From positions 82,504 to 146,503 of the forward strand of contig CAMDDW010000001.1 of NCBI GenBank assembly GCA_945893185.1: a DNA stretch of 64,000 nucleotides, read 5' to 3'. The position numbers and the translations under genes were made by a program. Every line of letters starts with the position of its first letter. The stretch's first letter is position 1. The notes under the pieces are model-generated. The model worked only from the letters and a program-made list of their open reading frames with translations. It ran no database searches and was not told the origin of the DNA. This DNA comes from Akkermansia muciniphila. Lineage in GTDB: Bacteria; Verrucomicrobiota; Verrucomicrobiia; Limisphaerales; UBA9464. Below, in pieces: positions 59,947 through 64,000 of this stretch.

Positions 59947-60279
59947 ATGTTCCCTAACGCTCAAACTCTCGAAACAATGACCTGGATTCCGGGCCCGTAT
60001 CCCGGAGTTGAATTGGCGATCCTCGAGCGGAATCCAGAAAACGGAGGCGTGACTGTTCTGCGCAAATTCCACTCGGGCATCACCGTGCCCGCCCACAGTC
60101 ATCCGGCTGCCGATGAGTGGGTTTGCGTAATTTCGGGGGAATGGGTGGAGGACGATCAAACCTATGGCCCGGGTTCAATCCTGCAAAGCCCCCGCGGAGT
60201 CCGGCACGGCCCGCATCATGCCCGGACCGAGGTCCTCTCACTGACCCGGTTCAACGGTCCCCTGACCGTCGCCCCCTAA
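59947..60279 (+). CDS. Small cupin-fold protein (ChrR-like cupin)
   Basis: 110 aa. Contains VPAHSHPAADEWVCVISGEW...PRGVRHGP, a cupin two-His pattern. Confidence 0.5.
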   Translation: MFPNAQTLETMTWIPGPYPGVELAILERNPENGGVTVLRKFHSGITVPAHSHPAADEWVCVISGEWVEDDQTYGPGSILQSPRGVRHGPHHARTEVLSLTRFNGPLTVAP

Positions 60280-60288
60280 ATTTTAACC

Positions 60289-60732
60289 GTGAGCCATAAA
60301 AGCCCCCGCATTGCCGAACTGCTGGCCGACCTGCCCGACGACTCGGGCCCGCACGGACTGCCCCGGCACTACGCCGGTTTCTTCCACTGCTTCAACCGGG
60401 GATTCTACTTCGAAGCCCATGATGTGCTCGAAGAACTCTGGCTGGCCGGAGGCAAGACCGGTGAAAACTACGCCTTCTACAAGGGCTTGATCCAATGGGC
60501 GGGCGCGTTCGTCCACCTACAGAAAGGCCGCCTCCGACCGGCGGTGGCTCTTTTCGATCTGGCCGCGACCAACCTCCAACGCTACCCCACCGTCCACCAG
60601 AGACTCGACCTCCAGAAGTCCCTCGACGACATCCGCTCTTGGCGCCACGACATCGAAGCGTCCGGGTTTTTGAGCAACCCCTTAGCTCTTCGCCCACCGC
60701 CCCGAATCCACCTCGAAACTAGCCCCTGCTAA
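60289..60732 (+). CDS. DUF309-domain protein
   Basis: FFHCFNRGFYFEAHDVLEELW...YKGLIQWAGAFVHLQKG, the DUF309 hallmark. GTG start. Confidence 0.7.
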   Translation: MSHKSPRIAELLADLPDDSGPHGLPRHYAGFFHCFNRGFYFEAHDVLEELWLAGGKTGENYAFYKGLIQWAGAFVHLQKGRLRPAVALFDLAATNLQRYPTVHQRLDLQKSLDDIRSWRHDIEASGFLSNPLALRPPPRIHLETSPC

Positions 60733-60734
60733 AC

Positions 60735-60893
60735 GGAGCGATTTCACCGGAGAGTAAAGCGATGGCGTAGATGCTTGGTTCGCTGGACTAGGCGACAGCG
60801 AAGATCAGGCCGGGCTGAGGCTGGTAACGAGCGAGCAACCACGCTCTTGCTGAAGGAGATCCGGCCAGCACCCCCCTCCAACGGATGGGTTCC
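60735..60893 (+). repeat. Dispersed intergenic element, copy 4 (~159 nt)
   Basis: GGAGCGATTTCACCGGAGAG ... CTGGTAACGAGCGAGCAACCACGCTCTTGCTGAAGGAGA ... CCTCCAACGGATGGGTTCC. It fills the gap between the convergent stops at 60732 and 60897 almost exactly. Confidence 0.7.
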
Positions 60894-60896
60894 AGA

Positions 60897-61319
60897 TTAG
60901 GCCTTCGTTCGCAGCGACTTCCACGGTTCCTCACCACTGACATCAACCATGAACGGTCCCTGCGATTTGGCCGGCGACAGGATAGCCAAGATCACCGCAT
61001 CGGCATCGGTGGGATTGAAGGTGGCATGCACCACCCCGGCTGGAATATGAGCTACCTCGCCGGGTTGGAGCATGCGTTTCTCGGTCTCCACCCACTGCTC
61101 CACCTGGCCCTCCAACACGTAAATAATTTCCTCCAACTCAGGATGGGTATGGAACGGATGGCCTTCCCCGGCCGGCAACACCGCCCGACACAACTGAAGG
61201 TCCTTGGCATCGGCAATCTCAGGCCGACACAACCAGTAATTGGTACGCCCCTTGAAATCCTCTTTGAGGGCCTCAGCGGTGGTGATGAAACGGCGGGAGG
61301 GTGAAGGAAGTTGGCTCAT
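60897..61319 (-). CDS. Cupin-domain protein
   Basis: GEGHPFHTHPELEEIIYVLEGQ...GEVAHIPAGVVH, cupin motifs 1 and 2. Confidence 0.7.
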   Translation of the reverse strand: MSQLPSPSRRFITTAEALKEDFKGRTNYWLCRPEIADAKDLQLCRAVLPAGEGHPFHTHPELEEIIYVLEGQVEQWVETEKRMLQPGEVAHIPAGVVHATFNPTDADAVILAILSPAKSQGPFMVDVSGEEPWKSLRTKA

Positions 61320-61422
61320 GGAACGCGTCTAGAATCCCCGACCCACGGGGAACCCCGCCCAAACTAACCATCCCCAGCCCCCACCGGAAGCCCGAACACC
61401 CCGCCCTCAACCGTTCCGGCTA

Positions 61423-61501
61423 AACTTTGAACCTGTCACTCTATTGCGAAGACGGCAGGGTGACCTGGCCTTATCCTAACTTTGAACCTGTCACTCTATT
61501 G
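61423..61501 (+). promoter_or_regulatory. Perfect 24-nt direct repeat pair, 55-bp periodicity, upstream of the prepilin-like gene
   Basis: AACTTTGAACCTGTCACTCTATTG occurs at 61423..61446 and again at 61478..61501. The pair lies in a locally AT-richer 250-bp intergenic region. Each copy contains a TTGAAC -35-like hexamer. Confidence 0.45.
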
Positions 61502-61569
61502 ATAGGTTGAGCAGGTCCGTGGGGTTTTTGTTTGCAATGGGGACGGAGGGCTGATTAATTGCAAATGGT

Positions 61570-62286
61570 TTGCAACTCTTGAGGTCCCAGAACGCGCGCC
61601 GAGCTTTCACGCTGATCGAACTGTTGGTGGTCATTGCCATCATCGCGGTCTTGGCGGGGTTGCTATTGCCTGCCTTGGCCAAGGCGCAGTCGAAGGCGCG
61701 GGCCGCTTCCTGCATGTCGGGACTGCACCAACTGGGGCTAGCAATTCAAATGTACGCCGATGACCACGGCGGATACTTCCCGGAAACGACTCACGGAACT
61801 TCTGCCACCAATCGGTCCTGGATCTTCACACTGCGACCTTACGTGGGAAATGTGGATGCCATCCGGGCCTGTCCCTCAGATCCCCTGCGCAAGGCTCGCC
61901 TCACCAACCAAGCGGCCAGCTATATCCCCAACGAATACGTGATGGTGGATCTGATCAGCCCCTTCGGTGGGGTCACCGAATCGTTCCGGCGGATGGACAC
62001 CCTGAAGAATCCGACCGATACGATCACCCTCTTCGAGGTGGCTACCGACAAAGAACCCAGCCTATCCAGCGACCACACCCATTCCAGGAATTGGGTCCAA
62101 GGCGGCTGGGACGCGGTCTTGGCGGATATTCAACCCGACCGACATGGCAATGGGCCGGCTTCGCCCCGACATGATGGCGGTCGTGCCAACCAACTCATGG
62201 CCTGTGGCCACGTTTCCTCCGTCTCGGCCACGCTCTTGAAAGCTCGCGTAGATCGGGGCGAAAACATCGCGCGCCCCCCCGATTGA
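61570..62286 (+). CDS. Prepilin-type N-terminal cleavage/methylation domain protein (PVC pseudopilin-like, H-X9-DG style tail)
   Basis: RRAFTLIELLVVIAIIAVLAGLLLPALAKAQSKA at the N-terminus and RHDGGRANQLMACGHV near the C-terminus. TTG start at 61570 or 61579. Confidence 0.8.
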   Translation: MQLLRSQNARRAFTLIELLVVIAIIAVLAGLLLPALAKAQSKARAASCMSGLHQLGLAIQMYADDHGGYFPETTHGTSATNRSWIFTLRPYVGNVDAIRACPSDPLRKARLTNQAASYIPNEYVMVDLISPFGGVTESFRRMDTLKNPTDTITLFEVATDKEPSLSSDHTHSRNWVQGGWDAVLADIQPDRHGNGPASPRHDGGRANQLMACGHVSSVSATLLKARVDRGENIARPPD

Positions 62287-62334
62287 TCTCCGTCGCTGGA
62301 TTCCTCGAAATCGCCGGCTACAATTTCCTGCCCG

Positions 62335-63447
62335 ATGGGTTCCATATCCATGCCCCTCTTTTGCAATCCCTCCTTATGGCCCCGGCGCCAGGCAGTCTGC
62401 CAGGCCGCCTACTGGGCCTGTCTCTTGGCGGCACCCTGGGCCTGGGCTTCGGACACTGCCCAGTCATCACTGACCAACCGCATTGCTTTCACCCGACAGC
62501 ACGTCGATATCCGCCTGGTGTTCCGGGCCGATGCCGAAACGCCGATCACCGTTCAAATTCGCGACGGAGATCGTGGCATTAACTACCCAGCCACCAACAC
62601 GGTGCTCGTGGTCTCAGAACAAGCCAAGCTGGCCATCCCGGCGGGTTTCGAGACGTTCGGCCCCGAAGGATCCTCACTCTGGGTCCTTCCCCAAAGTCAG
62701 GATCCAGCCCTCTTATTCTTAGGCTTTTCATCAGAAGGATTTCCCAGAGATCTCTTCGATGGACGGCTACGGTTGCAATTGAAGGAAGTCCACGGGCCCG
62801 GTTCTGTGTTTCTCTGGCAGGCCGATTCTGTGGGCGGAGTGACTCTTCGCATCAATTCGACGGACGGCCTGGATGCCAATGACCGGATCGAACCGCTCAT
62901 TAATGGGCACGACCATTACAACCTCGGGTTCACCACGGCCGGACTCTACGAATTAGTCTTCCAACCCAGCGCTCGCACATTGGGTTCCGAGACCTTTCTC
63001 CTGGGAGAATCCGTCCCTGTTCTCTTTGCTGTGGAACCACTTCCGGTCGTTCCCCCAGCCCCGCCCCTCTGGCAGATCTGGGTCCAGGCCCAGTGGCCTG
63101 GAGTCGTTTCGACCGACGAGGCACAACCCGAGGCGGACCCCGATCAGGATGGCGAACCCAATATCGCGGAATTCCTCAGCGGAACCAACCCGCGCGATCG
63201 ATCCAGCCGCCCCCTATTCAAGTACTCTCCAGGCTCCGGCTTCGTACCCAGCCTCGTCTTTGAACTCCCGGTGGTGACCGAGCGCTTAAACGAGGCCCGG
63301 GTAGACTTGGAGTCGGCCGCAACCCTAATGGGGCCGTGGACCCCGGTGCCCTCCGTCACTCCGATCGGAGCCACGGTGCGTTGGGAAGATTCCTTTGCCA
63401 CTCCGCCCAACACGCGATTCTATCGCAGACGGACTACGAAGCTCTGA
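62335..63447 (+). CDS. Secreted protein with choice-of-anchor-M (TIGR03769)-like domain and a DxDxDG calcium-type repeat
   Basis: Signal-like N-terminus. HVDIRLVF..., SSLWVLPQSQDPALLFLGFSSE and NGHDHYNLGFTTAGLYELVFQ resemble my recollection of TIGR03769. Also contains DPDQDGEPNIAEFLSGTNPRD. Confidence 0.5.
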   Translation: MGSISMPLFCNPSLWPRRQAVCQAAYWACLLAAPWAWASDTAQSSLTNRIAFTRQHVDIRLVFRADAETPITVQIRDGDRGINYPATNTVLVVSEQAKLAIPAGFETFGPEGSSLWVLPQSQDPALLFLGFSSEGFPRDLFDGRLRLQLKEVHGPGSVFLWQADSVGGVTLRINSTDGLDANDRIEPLINGHDHYNLGFTTAGLYELVFQPSARTLGSETFLLGESVPVLFAVEPLPVVPPAPPLWQIWVQAQWPGVVSTDEAQPEADPDQDGEPNIAEFLSGTNPRDRSSRPLFKYSPGSGFVPSLVFELPVVTERLNEARVDLESAATLMGPWTPVPSVTPIGATVRWEDSFATPPNTRFYRRRTTKL

Positions 63448-63464
63448 GCACTTCTGCCCCCACC

Positions 63465-63962
63465 ATGAATTACGCGCCATTCCCCCGATTTTCACTCCCC
63501 CTCTTGGCCGTCTCCTTGTCTGCCTTCCTCACAGGATGCGGAGGCAAGGATGAGAAGGCCGGAGCCGACCACGGAGGAGCCCACAAGCACGAACATCGCG
63601 CCCCGCATGGCGGCACTGCGATCGTCCTGGGCAAAGAGGCCTTCCATCTGGAATTGGTCCGCACGGCAGAGGCCGGACTGCTCACCTGCTATATCCTCGA
63701 CGGACACATGGAATCGTTCATCCGAATCCCTGCGCCCCACCTGATCATCGAAACGACCGTCTCTAACCTGACCCAAACCCTAGAACTACTCCCGGTGGCC
63801 AATGTGGCAACCGGAGAAAAAAACGGGGATACAAGCCAATTCGAGGCCCGCGCTGCATGGTTGAAAACCACCACCAACTTCACCGGGAAAGTCTTCGGCA
63901 TCACCATCAAAGGCACCACCTTCACCGACGTTAATTTCCGCTTCCCCGAAGGGAACGAGTAA
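63465..63962 (+). CDS. His-rich lipoprotein (putative metal-binding)
   Basis: ATG 63465 gives a signal plus lipobox LSAFLTGCGG, followed by DHGGAHKHEHRAPHGG. The track ORF begins upstream at 63336, inside the previous gene. Confidence 0.55.
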   Translation: MNYAPFPRFSLPLLAVSLSAFLTGCGGKDEKAGADHGGAHKHEHRAPHGGTAIVLGKEAFHLELVRTAEAGLLTCYILDGHMESFIRIPAPHLIIETTVSNLTQTLELLPVANVATGEKNGDTSQFEARAAWLKTTTNFTGKVFGITIKGTTFTDVNFRFPEGNE

Positions 63963-64000
63963 CGAACTTAAGCCAGTAGCCACACCCGGCACTCTGGAGT

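Noticed and set aside
60171-60181. GGGTTCAATCC, a tRNA T-arm-like motif. More generally, I searched the intergenic gaps for tRNA or rRNA signatures.
   Set aside because: It lies inside a cupin CDS, and the flanking bases do not form a T-stem or acceptor stem. No intergenic gap contains a cloverleaf-compatible sequence.

Overview
GC-rich bacterial chromosomal segment, almost certainly from the PVC superphylum. Verrucomicrobiota is most likely, but a planctomycete cannot be excluded. The evidence is a PSCyt/DUF1549/DUF1553 + DUF1501 gene pair, a PVC-type CxxCH/HEAT protein, a TIGR03067-like domain and an H-X9-DG-style prepilin-like protein. About 50 tightly packed CDS, mostly housekeeping and mostly on the minus strand: tyrA-aroA-cmk, pyrR-pyrB, purA, uppS, rpe, dapA, pstCAB-phoU, mlaEFD, an RND efflux pair, clpC, clpB, a Xer recombinase and a DinG-like helicase. 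I saw no rRNA, tRNA, CRISPR array, prophage, transposase or recognisable defence or toxin system. The ORF track uses GTG/TTG as well as ATG and reports the longest ORF, so I trimmed several N-termini, with reasons given per feature. Non-coding structure that the gene models do not explain: (1) a dispersed family of ~140-165 nt intergenic elements closed by inverted termini, with four full copies and one truncated inverted copy in 64 kb; (2) a three-unit ~113-bp tandem array between pyrB and a ThuA-like gene; (3) several shorter direct or tandem repeats. Protein-level oddities: a 1146-aa protein that I tentatively read as PPi-type PEP carboxykinase; a MurNAc-kinase-like/MurQ etherase fusion divergent from a WYL regulator; a membrane-anchored receiver protein whose HPt-like tail has Asn in place of the phospho-accepting His; and a prepilin-like / choice-of-anchor-M-like / His-rich lipoprotein cluster at the right edge. 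I cannot point to a clear novel multi-gene system, so the candidates carry modest scores. All family assignments come from motif recognition by eye, not from searches.
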